The notes beneath the pieces are model-generated. The model was not told the DNA's origin. It made no database searches and saw nothing but the letters and a program-made list of their open reading frames with translations. 64,000 bases of DNA, taken from Candidatus Woesearchaeota archaeon. Lineage in GTDB: Archaea > Nanobdellota > Nanobdellia > Woesearchaeales > GW2011-AR9. Where the stretch lies: contig JAGVYE010000003.1 of assembly GCA_018303445.1 (NCBI GenBank), positions 2,366 to 66,365 of the forward strand, read 5' to 3'. The number at the start of each line of letters is the position of its first letter. Position 1 is the first letter of the stretch. Both the position numbers and the translations under genes were made by a program. Below are positions 1-8,572 of this stretch, in pieces.

Positions 1-909
1 GCTAAACTTTGGATTAATGGAACGGATAATAATACTCATGTAAACATTTCCAGCATTAATATTGTCATGCAGGCTGAAGATGATTATCATGTGGGCATAG
101 GCCAAACTTTATCTAGAACCATTGCGGCGCAAAATGAGAATAAAGAGGTCCTCTTAACAACAACCTGGGATGTTCTGTTTAGAAGTTACAATCAACAAGC
201 AAATACGGCGACAATCCAAATAGGAAAACCATGTCCGCCTTTAACGTATAGCTGCACTGATTCTGATCAGGAACGTGATTATGCGGTGCGAGGACAAGTT
301 AGTGCTTTCGGCGTCACGTATCAAGATCGTTGCGTCGGGAATAATGTACTGGAAGGAGTTTGCGTTGGAAAGAGAGTTGGTTTTGAGTCGTATGCTTGTT
401 CAAATGGATGCGGCAATGGGGTTTGTGTAACGATGTCTGGATGCAGCTCTTCCAATAAAGCCGCTTGTAATGCCGCAAATTGCGCCACTCTCGGTCAAGG
501 TGTCTGGGATACAACAGAAGCCATACCCTTATGCAGGGAAGGACGATGTAAAGGGACAGTTTCACAACATGCAGAGTTATGTCCAGGAGATAGGCAAAGT
601 TTGACCGTCGATACTCCGAGAACTGTCGTCGAACGTTGTCGTGGATTTGGAAGTTGCCTATATGTTTGCAGTTCAGGATTTACGTTGCGCAATGGTGATT
701 GCGTCGCTAATGAAGCCTGCGCTGATGGAGAAGATAATGATGATGATGGGCAGATTGATTGCCTGGATGCTGATTGCGCGGGACTAGATGGACCGAGCGG
801 AACGTTATGTTGCCAGCAAACTGCAGATTGCAGAACGGGAGAAACCTGCCGCGGTTCACAATATACTATCACGGGATCTAATGTCACGATAACTCATTTA
901 CCACGATGA
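1..909 (+). CDS. Cys-rich secreted surface protein, 5'-partial (reading frame is open from base 1; ORF-track start at 67 is probably internal)
   Basis: No stop in frame from position 1. Very Cys-rich. Shares the C-N-x-x-N-C-x-T-L-G-Q-G-V-W module and the D-N-D-D-D-G-Q-I-D-C..CCQ..DCR module with the 13860..16331 paralog. Stop overlaps the next start (ATGA). Confidence 0.6.
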   Translation, partial: AKLWINGTDNNTHVNISSINIVMQAEDDYHVGIGQTLSRTIAAQNENKEVLLTTTWDVLFRSYNQQANTATIQIGKPCPPLTYSCTDSDQERDYAVRGQVSAFGVTYQDRCVGNNVLEGVCVGKRVGFESYACSNGCGNGVCVTMSGCSSSNKAACNAANCATLGQGVWDTTEAIPLCREGRCKGTVSQHAELCPGDRQSLTVDTPRTVVERCRGFGSCLYVCSSGFTLRNGDCVANEACADGEDNDDDGQIDCLDADCAGLDGPSGTLCCQQTADCRTGETCRGSQYTITGSNVTITHLPR

Positions 910-2138
910 TGAAAAAAACATTTTACATATTAGTACTGATGCTTTTAATGTCGGCGGTACTGGGCGAGCTTACCTTAACACTTGACAAAAGCCCGCCCCT
1001 TTATGATCGTGGCAGCAACAATAGGGTGGAAGTCAGCGTGAGCTGCGCGGTGGGAAACAGCAGTACCGTGCATATTCGCAATGCGGAAAATCCTTCGCGG
1101 TTAGTGTATATTGCCGTCGGAAATGGAACTTGGATAGTGAATTATAACACCTTCTCAGATTTAAGCGACGGGAGATATGTGCTTGAAGCTTTTTGCCAAG
1201 AAGGTTCAAATGCGACGGCAAACTTTTGCGTTAATGCAAATAATTGTTTGAATATACAAGGGCCGCCGGATCTTCCTCCCACGTGCAGCGATGGAATCAA
1301 GAATGGAAATGAAGGTTGCGATGATGGTGATACAAGCAATGGTGATGGCTGTTCTGCAACGTGTACAGTCGAATCGGGCTGGAGATGTACGGAAAATGCA
1401 GGCGGGCTTTCAACTTGTACTAGAGTAGGTGGCGGAAGAGGCGACGGAAGCGACGGTGGTGGAGACGGAGGCGGCGGTGATACTGGCAGAGATTCATCTT
1501 CTTCTGGATCTGGAAGCGGCCGCCGCAGGTGCACATCTTCCTGGAGTTGCGATGCCTGGGGATTATGCAATGCTACTTTAAAACAGTCGCGCACCTGCAC
1601 TGACGAAAATCAATGTGATCGAAAACCTCGAGTCGAGGCAAGATCTTGCACCAGCTGTCAAGAGTCGTGGGTATGTTCCCTGTGGAGCGAATGCCGTTCC
1701 GGTTCTCAGTATAGAACCTGTGATGATGAGTATAAATGCGGGACTTTTGTTCAAAGGCCGGAGACAGAGAAACGATGCGATGCGCCTACAGTAGGATTCA
1801 CTCCCCGCAAAATTTCAGAACCAGTGGCAGCGCCTCCTTCAACTTTTCCCCCTTTCGGACAAGAACCAGTCACACGACGGCCGCCAGCAGTTCCTCCAAG
1901 TTTCTTAAGCAAATATCAAAAATTTGCAGTTAGGGGCGGCATTGCTCTGGGAATATTAATTATTCTCGTCGTCATTATTGTTTTGTTTATCAAAAGGAAA
2001 GGTAAAGTAAATTCAGAACTCGCGGCTTGGATAGGACAGGCGCGTAGCGGAGGCAAATCCGATACGTATATTCGAAATGCGTTAGTGGATGAGGGATGGA
2101 CAGAAAAAGAGATTGAAAAGGCGTTGCGAAGGAATTAA
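906..2138 (+). CDS. Cys-rich surface protein: signal peptide, one Myxococcus-type CDDGN..DGCS repeat, Gly/Asp-rich linker, 2x W-x-C-x2-W-S-x-C 6-Cys module, Pro-rich stalk, C-terminal TM helix and conserved cytoplasmic tail
   Basis: N-terminal hydrophobic signal (MMKKTFYILVLMLLMSAVLG). Motif GCDDGDTSNGDGCSATC. Two copies of the SW.C..WS.C...Q.R.C.D...CG module. C-terminal hydrophobic stretch GIALGILIILVVIIVLFI, then tail ..SDTYIRNALVDEGWTEKEIEKAL. Confidence 0.75.
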   Translation: MMKKTFYILVLMLLMSAVLGELTLTLDKSPPLYDRGSNNRVEVSVSCAVGNSSTVHIRNAENPSRLVYIAVGNGTWIVNYNTFSDLSDGRYVLEAFCQEGSNATANFCVNANNCLNIQGPPDLPPTCSDGIKNGNEGCDDGDTSNGDGCSATCTVESGWRCTENAGGLSTCTRVGGGRGDGSDGGGDGGGGDTGRDSSSSGSGSGRRRCTSSWSCDAWGLCNATLKQSRTCTDENQCDRKPRVEARSCTSCQESWVCSLWSECRSGSQYRTCDDEYKCGTFVQRPETEKRCDAPTVGFTPRKISEPVAAPPSTFPPFGQEPVTRRPPAVPPSFLSKYQKFAVRGGIALGILIILVVIIVLFIKRKGKVNSELAAWIGQARSGGKSDTYIRNALVDEGWTEKEIEKALRRN

Positions 2139-2212
2139 TTTCTATCTTGCTGAAAAGAGTGCGTATTAAATCACCGCAAGATTTATATATTGTTGTATGA
2201 TTAATCATACAT

Positions 2213-2803
2213 ATGTATGGAAAAATTAAAATGACGGAAAACACCTTGCAGGTGTTATCTCTATTCACAAACGATTTTAAGAGAGAGTATTATATTCGGG
2301 AAGTTGAAAAATTGTTAAAAATAAGCCCGAGAACCGCCCAGCTTATTCTTGAAGATTTAGAGAATAAAGGAATAGTAGAATCAAAAACAAAAGGAAAAAT
2401 TAAAGCCTATAAGATCAATCCCAGCGAATTTACTAAAAAGTATCTTGTTTTTGCAGAGCAATATAAATCAATTGCATTTTTACAAAACAGGCTTTTAATT
2501 AAAGAGATTATAGACAAGATCACTCCGCAGGTTAAAGGAATGGGAATTATTTTTGGGAGTTATGTTAAAGGGCTGGAACAAGAAGGTTCTGATCTAGATG
2601 TGTTTGTTGCTGGAAATTATAACAAAGACGAGATAAAAGCAGTTTCCAGAAATTTAGGTGTAGAAATAAGTATCAAATGTTATCCCCTAAAAACATTTGA
2701 GAAAAATTTGGCTAAAGATATTCTCCTGAAGGAGATATTAAAAAATCATGTTGTTTTTATTAATGCAGAGCAATTTATACAAAAGGTATTCAAAAATGGA
2801 TAA
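2213..2803 (+). CDS. Nucleotidyltransferase (MNT/MntA-like) with N-terminal winged HTH; antitoxin-type partner of the downstream HEPN gene
   Basis: GSYVKG....SDLDVFV matches the GS-x9-DxD minimal nucleotidyltransferase motif. N-terminal HTH-like region. 8-nt overlap with the following HEPN ORF. Confidence 0.7.
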   Translation: MYGKIKMTENTLQVLSLFTNDFKREYYIREVEKLLKISPRTAQLILEDLENKGIVESKTKGKIKAYKINPSEFTKKYLVFAEQYKSIAFLQNRLLIKEIIDKITPQVKGMGIIFGSYVKGLEQEGSDLDVFVAGNYNKDEIKAVSRNLGVEISIKCYPLKTFEKNLAKDILLKEILKNHVVFINAEQFIQKVFKNG

Positions 2804-3275
2804 AATAAAATGGTGTGCTGGAAAGAAAGAAGGATTAAGTTTAATTGAGCCAAATTCAGATCTTACCAACGCTTACATTAAGAAAGCTGAAGAAGCTTTG
2901 GAATCTATGAGAGTGAATATTATCAAAGATTGGAAAATTTCAACGGCATACTATACAATTTACTTTTCGCTTTATGCCCTTCTTACAAAAATAGGGGTAA
3001 AATGTGAAATTCACTCTTGCACTATTGAATTCGCAAAAAAATTCCTTAAAGATTATTTTGAAGAGTCTGAGTTAAATTTTACTGAAGATTCCTTAAAAGC
3101 AAGAATTGATTCTCAATATTATATTGATAGAACCGTTCCAGATGAGCAATACCATAAGATGATGCGAAAAACTCCGGAATTCTTGGTTAAGTGCAAATCG
3201 ATTCTTATTAAATTGAATGAGAAGAAGATTAACGAGATAAGAGGCAAATTTCAAATAGCGAGTAACAGAAAATGA
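2796..3275 (+). CDS. HEPN-domain protein (HepT-like toxin partner of the MNT). Start moved to the internal ATG at 2796 (MDKIKW...), which overlaps the MNT stop
   Basis: All-alpha ~160 aa protein directly coupled to the MNT gene (ATGGATAA overlap). R-x(4-8)-H-like stretch (DRTVPDEQYH) near the C-terminus. Classic MNT-HEPN gene order. Confidence 0.55.
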   Translation: MDKIKWCAGKKEGLSLIEPNSDLTNAYIKKAEEALESMRVNIIKDWKISTAYYTIYFSLYALLTKIGVKCEIHSCTIEFAKKFLKDYFEESELNFTEDSLKARIDSQYYIDRTVPDEQYHKMMRKTPEFLVKCKSILIKLNEKKINEIRGKFQIASNRK

Positions 3276-3298
3276 AACGAAAGATGCTTTTCTCTTTA

Positions 3299-3451
3299 GC
3301 GAATGAATGACGGCGGGCCGTTCGCTCAGTGGTTTTCTGGCGGTAATCTCAATATAAAAATAAAATTTTTTATCAGAAGAAAACCAACTGTCAACAGATG
3401 CATAGCAATAGCAGTTCCTCGCAAGCATCTTGGCCTTGCCGTCATTCATGG
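3299..3451. repeat. Intergenic element flanked by a 12-bp perfect inverted repeat (atgaatgacggc / gccgtcattcat) with a nested imperfect IR (cagtggttttctgg / cagaagaaaaccaactg). Rod-like ~150-nt structure
   Basis: Direct reading of the sequence at 3301-3314 vs 3438-3451, and 3328-3341 vs 3375-3391. No ORF inside. Confidence 0.5.
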
Positions 3452-3721
3452 AGTTGAATAGTATCAGATTTAAGAGGTTGTTGCGAAACTCTTCATTAGT
3501 GCTGGTGAGAGGCTTGTTCCGCCTCTCAACTTCGCTCCGCTCAAGTCGAATTGCTGAACTCTACAAGGTTAGCTTCATTGGCAAATTATACCCCAGCACA
3601 GACTTTCGCAACAACCTCTAAATTTGGCATTATTGAAAAGTTCTCGTTTCACTTGTGGAGCACCAGCTACGACCTAGACTATTTCTTTGAAGGCTGACGT
3701 TCCCCGGATGGGGTAACCCCC

Positions 3722-3789
3722 CTTGTCAGCTTTATTTCATACTTCAAGTGGTCTCCGCAAGTGGTGCTCCAAACACTTTTCAATAACGC
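3722..3789 (+). repeat. 68-bp conserved intergenic element, copy A. 64/68 identical to copy B at 55765..55832. Ends 50 nt upstream of a + strand start codon
   Basis: cttgtcagctttatttcatacttcaagtggtctccgcaagtggtgctccaaacacttttcaataacgc. Contains a TTTATTT TATA-like box. A partial inverted partner lies at 3630-3667. Confidence 0.6.
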
Positions 3790-3838
3790 CCTAAATTTAG
3801 GAAAAATATATAAAGATTATTTTCTTGCTATCGTAGTG

Positions 3839-6724
3839 ATGTTTAAAAAAAGAGCGTGGATCATGGCGATTGTTTTAATTTTATTAAATTCAACTTTCTT
3901 GCTGGCTGATCATCAGTTAACAATTGGCTCTGTCGGCTGTCCAATTGGCGCTTCCAATCATTGCGTGGAAAATGCTTATTGTCCTTCTTCCGATTTTTAT
4001 GATGGCACAACTCGAATTGCCAGGCAAACGGTATGCACCGAAAAATTGATTAATTACCGACGTTGTAATGCAGATGAGCCTGCTGATCGGAGAGATCAAC
4101 AGTGCTTAGGAATTCTTAGAAATCCTAATCTTCCATTCTCAGCAACAACCAATCCTGTTGATCTGCAAAGCAGATGCCTGCCGGCGGAAACTGATCAGCG
4201 AGGAAATAACCCTCAATTAATTGCAGGACAATATTATTGCCTTCCTATCTATCGCGGACCTACACTTTTTCCTAGTTATGATGGCCAGCAGTGTTACAAC
4301 CAAGAACAATGTTCTAATGGCATTTGCGATCGCAAGGCTGATTTTGAAGATAAAAAAATTTGCCAGCGGGCCTTGATTTCGTCAGCCAACCATTTGGGAG
4401 GGGTCGCTCCTGACGTAACCATTCGCGGCGCCTGTTTTTTTGACCGCCAATGTTTTGGCTACGATCCTCAGAGTAATGCTGATGCCTGCGCTGGAGAAGA
4501 TCGCGCTGTCGTGCCTTACAGTCCGGGAGTTTGCCGTTTGCGGCAAGGACAACCCCAAATCGGGTTTACCATTCGTTCTGACCTTTGGGGAAATATTGAC
4601 GGGACGCCAGCAGCAGCTGATGCTACTAGAATTAGTGTTTATCGGGGAGAAACAATTGAATTAAACTGGAATGTTATGGCGGATACCGTCAACAGCGGTC
4701 CAGTTTCCTGCACGGGAATTAGCAATCCTCCAGGCCTCTGGACGTATTCTCTGCAAAACTGGGAGGACCGTTCCTTTGCGCCCTATCCTTTGCTATGGAG
4801 ACCAGAAACTCCTATTTCTCAGAGAATAGGGCCAATTACTCAGGATACGTCGTTTACCTTTTCTTGCACTAATAGGGAAAGTAGCACTCCCATTTCCAAG
4901 ACCGTACAGGTTACTTTGCGTCCAGTTTCTCCTCCCGCTTGCTCTGGGAATGAAAATAACTGTCTTTTAGCTCATTTGGATTTTGAACGGCCAGAAATAA
5001 ATGGTGAATCAGCTGGGAGACAAATATTTCCCGGCGGTCCTGAAAGCTCTTGCCGTTTTCCTCAAGTTTGCACGAGAAACAGGCTGGGAGAATATTTGCC
5101 CGGCAGATTGCAAGGAAATCCAACTCTAATACCTTCAATAGATTCAAACCAACCTGGACCTAGATTCTACCAATTGGATGGTGTTGATGATGTTGTTTCT
5201 CTTCCTTTAGATATCCGCGACCCGGTTTTTTCTAATGGAGTTACCGTTTCATTTTGGGTTAAGCCGGGAAGTAATAGAAATGAGGACTTATTGGTTTGGG
5301 CTGATTCTGTAGGCGGAAGAATTTTGAATATCCTTTTAAATCCTTCTTCAGGTGGCCAAATTATGACTGTGAGTGCAGGCGGTTTAGGCGGTATAATATT
5401 ATCCCCGTTTTATGGTTCACGATGGAATCAGGTTGTTTTCTCCATCCAGCCGCAGTCAAATCAGCAAACTCTAACTTATCGTGTTTATATCAATGGTCAT
5501 TTAAAGTTTGAAGGGACCCAATCAAATATTCTTTTTCAAACCGGAAAAATGCTTTTGTTTGGTGGGGTTCGTGATTTTTTAAATATCCCACCTTTCACTG
5601 GCAGCATAGATGAAATAAAAATATTTCGTGAAGCGCTGCCAATGAGGCAAATAGCTAATTTATATCGTACAGATGCACTTCAAAATCATAATTACTGGAG
5701 AGGATGTTTGGGAAAAGTGCCAAGTTCCCAGCTTTGTACTATCGAAGTTAATGGTGCAAACTTAGATGATCGTATTGTTACCAATTTGCTAGACAACCAA
5801 GGCCAGTGTCCAGCTACAGTTGGAAGTCGTAATCTTTGCCATGCTTACTGCCTGCCAGGTTATGTCGTCCAGCCAGGCAATAGTATCGGAGAATCCCGCT
5901 GTGTTCCGGAAGGGCAGCAGGATTTGGCTCCTCCAACAATTACCAGTCAACAAGCAACGGATATAACCTCTACTTCTGCTACCTTGCGAGTAATTACCAA
6001 TGAACCAGCAACTTGCAGATATGATCGTATTGATGGCGGTTCTTATAATTCGCTGATCAATCCATTTGCCACGACAGGAGGCACGAGCCATTCTTCTGTT
6101 ATTAACGGTTTAGAACCGCAGGGATACATTTATTTTTTTAATTGCCGGGATAATTTTGGCAATGTGCGCGCCCAAAATTATCAAATCTCATTTGTAATCC
6201 CAGTTGAAACCACTCCGATGCTCTATTATTGTTCCAGCGACCGTAATGAGCCTAATCAGGCCAACAATCCTCCTGCCGGAGGCGTAGGTTTGAGATATTC
6301 GGGATATAATACTCAAATTAGGGGCACTTCGAACATGGTTGATGGTATCTCCCAAACAGACGTTTGCGAATCAGCAACAGCCTTGCGTGAATTTTATTGC
6401 TGGTCAGCGAATGGACGATATATTAACCCAGATAGCGCCGCTGCTGGTTTATTACGATCGGAAGTAGTTAACTGCAATTGTCTTGAGGGCGCCTGCGTCA
6501 GCGCTCCGCCTCCAGCCGCGGCTTGCGGCGATATTGACGCCAATGGCATAATAAATATTGCTGATATTAACCGCCTGATTGCTCATGTAGTGAATCGACA
6601 ACCGCTTACTGCCGATGAACGGCTTAGGGCTAATGTTGACGGGGCTGGAGAGATTACTTTTGGAGATATTTTCCGGTTAATTGATAAGGTGATTAATCCA
6701 TTAACATCTTTGGTCTGCTCATAA
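3839..6724 (+). CDS. Large secreted protein: N-terminal signal/TM, Cys-rich region, LamG/ConA-like lectin domain, C-terminal dockerin (two Ca-binding repeats)
   Basis: Start set at MFKKRAWIMAIVLILL (the ORF-track start at 3761 lies inside the conserved 68-bp element). LamG-like stretch: VTVSFWVKPGS...WNQVVFS...YINGHL...GSIDEIKIF. Dockerin: GDIDANGIINIADINRLIAHV + ANVDGAGEITFGDIFRLIDKV. Confidence 0.75.
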   Translation: MFKKRAWIMAIVLILLNSTFLLADHQLTIGSVGCPIGASNHCVENAYCPSSDFYDGTTRIARQTVCTEKLINYRRCNADEPADRRDQQCLGILRNPNLPFSATTNPVDLQSRCLPAETDQRGNNPQLIAGQYYCLPIYRGPTLFPSYDGQQCYNQEQCSNGICDRKADFEDKKICQRALISSANHLGGVAPDVTIRGACFFDRQCFGYDPQSNADACAGEDRAVVPYSPGVCRLRQGQPQIGFTIRSDLWGNIDGTPAAADATRISVYRGETIELNWNVMADTVNSGPVSCTGISNPPGLWTYSLQNWEDRSFAPYPLLWRPETPISQRIGPITQDTSFTFSCTNRESSTPISKTVQVTLRPVSPPACSGNENNCLLAHLDFERPEINGESAGRQIFPGGPESSCRFPQVCTRNRLGEYLPGRLQGNPTLIPSIDSNQPGPRFYQLDGVDDVVSLPLDIRDPVFSNGVTVSFWVKPGSNRNEDLLVWADSVGGRILNILLNPSSGGQIMTVSAGGLGGIILSPFYGSRWNQVVFSIQPQSNQQTLTYRVYINGHLKFEGTQSNILFQTGKMLLFGGVRDFLNIPPFTGSIDEIKIFREALPMRQIANLYRTDALQNHNYWRGCLGKVPSSQLCTIEVNGANLDDRIVTNLLDNQGQCPATVGSRNLCHAYCLPGYVVQPGNSIGESRCVPEGQQDLAPPTITSQQATDITSTSATLRVITNEPATCRYDRIDGGSYNSLINPFATTGGTSHSSVINGLEPQGYIYFFNCRDNFGNVRAQNYQISFVIPVETTPMLYYCSSDRNEPNQANNPPAGGVGLRYSGYNTQIRGTSNMVDGISQTDVCESATALREFYCWSANGRYINPDSAAAGLLRSEVVNCNCLEGACVSAPPPAAACGDIDANGIINIADINRLIAHVVNRQPLTADERLRANVDGAGEITFGDIFRLIDKVINPLTSLVCS

Positions 6725-7132
6725 AAAGGTATGTATTAAGTCTGGGGCTTTAACATCAACCCGTGGGCCTTCTCGCCAATTAAGATCCAGCAAAAAGGGA
6801 ATTCATGAAATGTGAAAAATATCACATTTCAGTACTGAAAATAAATCTCTGTTTATTTTCATGTTCCAAAAGGAATTTTTGCCTTTGAGTTGCAACATCG
6901 CGTTCTCTAGGTTCGTGAAAATTGCTAAAATATCAAAAATCACTCAGAAAGTGAAATGTGCCCACATAGTTTACGACAAAAATAAATTATAAAGCAAGGT
7001 TATAAACTCTCGTTAAGGATTAATTCAGTTTCAACCAATAATCCATAGCTTATTTATGTCGCCAATTAACAAAAGAAAAAGTATATAAATGGCAAGATTT
7101 TCTCTTAAAGTTGAAAAAAAAGGATGAATTAG

Positions 7133-8572
7133 ATGAAGTTAAATGAGGTTAGTGCAAGTAAGAGTAAACTATCTCGCTCTGTTATTTCTGGCTCTCAGAT
7201 TTCTTCTTTCAAGAAAACAGGGCTGATAGTAATGATAGCAGTTGTGATTTTAGCCATAGGGTTCTCGTTTCTGTTTCCAGCTTCTAAGAAGGGACTGGCA
7301 GGGCGGGCATTCGGGGAAACTGTTGGTGGACCATCAATACCACTCACAAGTTGTGGTCTAATCACTGCGCCAGGAGTCTATACTCTTAACACTGTTCTTT
7401 CTGTCGCTGATTCCGCGTTATCAAATAATGCCTGCGTGACAATTACAGTTGATAACGTCGGCATTCGCTGCACTGCTGGAGGAGGATTTACGTTCACAGG
7501 AAGCAATCCGCTAGCAAAAGGAGTGCGTATCATGAATGTGAATGGTGTGGAAGGTGTTAAGGTGACAGGATGTCAGTTTCTTAGTTTTCCACAGCGCAGC
7601 ATAGAAGTTGAAGGCAGCAGCGGCATTGTTCTTAATGATAATGTCATTATACAATCGGGAAGTATGGGGCAGGGTATTTCTCTTTCAGCTTCACAACGTT
7701 TGTTAGTTGATAAAAATAAAATTTCTGCTCCTATAGGTCTGGCGATGGATAGTACCACGGAAAGTGTTGTCAGCAGGAACATTATTCGCGCGGCACAGAC
7801 AGGAATCTCCGTTGGGCAAGGAAGCAGCATGAATTCTTTTTTTGAGAACACTGTTTCTGGCAGGCAAGCAGGAATAACCGTTGCGGCAACGGATAAAAAT
7901 GATTTTTATCTTAATGTTATCTCCGGAAGCCCGGTAGGGATATCTTTTAGCGGCTCGACAAATACTGGTTTCGGCCAGAATACTTTATGCGGGAATTTTC
8001 AAAATGGGGTGGCCTGCACAAGTACTCCTCCAACTACCTTTAGCGGCGGCAGTGGTAATTTTCTGACGGGAAATAGTTGTTCTAGTTTAGTAGGGGCTTC
8101 TTTTAGTGATTGTCCCAATCCTGCGGTTACTCTTTGCGGCAATAGTTGGGTTGATAATGGCGAACAATGTGATGATGGAAATACTGTCGGAAATGACGGC
8201 TGTTCAAGCACGTGTCAGAATGAACAACCTTCCTTCTCTTGCGCCACTCCTGCCCCAAATAATTCTGATCCTTGCGCTAATCGCGCTAATCCAACTACTG
8301 CCAACACTCCCAATGTTCTGTTTGCTACTTGCCCAACAACTAATGTTCCTGCTTGCAGTTATAGTTGCCGAAGTAATTTTCGATTAAATGCAGGAGTGTG
8401 TGAAGCTGTTCCCGCAGGTTTACCGGCTTGCCATGTACTTAAACAGAGGTGTGATACAAATGAAAAAATTATTATTGATGTTGGCATTATTGCTCCTTCC
8501 TTTTGCTTTAGCAGATATTTCCATAACTTGTTCTCCATCCTCAGTTCAACCAGGCGAAGCTGTGAATTGTAA
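7133..8572 (+). CDS. Membrane-anchored surface protein with a right-handed parallel beta-helix (PbH1-type repeats) and one Myxococcus-type Cys-rich repeat
   Basis: N-terminal TM (LIVMIAVVILAIGFSFLF). Repeating G-x-x-V/I-x-x-N-x-I/V units (NVIIQSG.., NIIRAAQTGISV.., NVISGSPVGISF..). CDDGNTVGNDGCSSTCQ motif. The 3' end overlaps the next gene by ~110 nt in another frame. Confidence 0.65.
   Translation: MKLNEVSASKSKLSRSVISGSQISSFKKTGLIVMIAVVILAIGFSFLFPASKKGLAGRAFGETVGGPSIPLTSCGLITAPGVYTLNTVLSVADSALSNNACVTITVDNVGIRCTAGGGFTFTGSNPLAKGVRIMNVNGVEGVKVTGCQFLSFPQRSIEVEGSSGIVLNDNVIIQSGSMGQGISLSASQRLLVDKNKISAPIGLAMDSTTESVVSRNIIRAAQTGISVGQGSSMNSFFENTVSGRQAGITVAATDKNDFYLNVISGSPVGISFSGSTNTGFGQNTLCGNFQNGVACTSTPPTTFSGGSGNFLTGNSCSSLVGASFSDCPNPAVTLCGNSWVDNGEQCDDGNTVGNDGCSSTCQNEQPSFSCATPAPNNSDPCANRANPTTANTPNVLFATCPTTNVPACSYSCRSNFRLNAGVCEAVPAGLPACHVLKQRCDTNEKIIIDVGIIAPSFCFSRYFHNLFSILSSTRRSCEL

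Noticed and set aside
906-2138. Treating 1..909 and 906..2138 as one gene split by a frameshift
   Set aside because: The second ORF starts with its own strong signal peptide directly at the ATGA overlap, which is the usual arrangement for translationally coupled separate genes.
8106-8387. ORF 8106..8387 and other short antisense or alternate-frame ORFs within the large surface genes (e.g. 314..565, 495..887, 1142..1600, 12397..12819, 15243..15755)
   Set aside because: They are embedded in longer ORFs with clear domain content, and their hydrophobic or low-complexity translations are typical of off-frame reading of Cys-codon-rich DNA.
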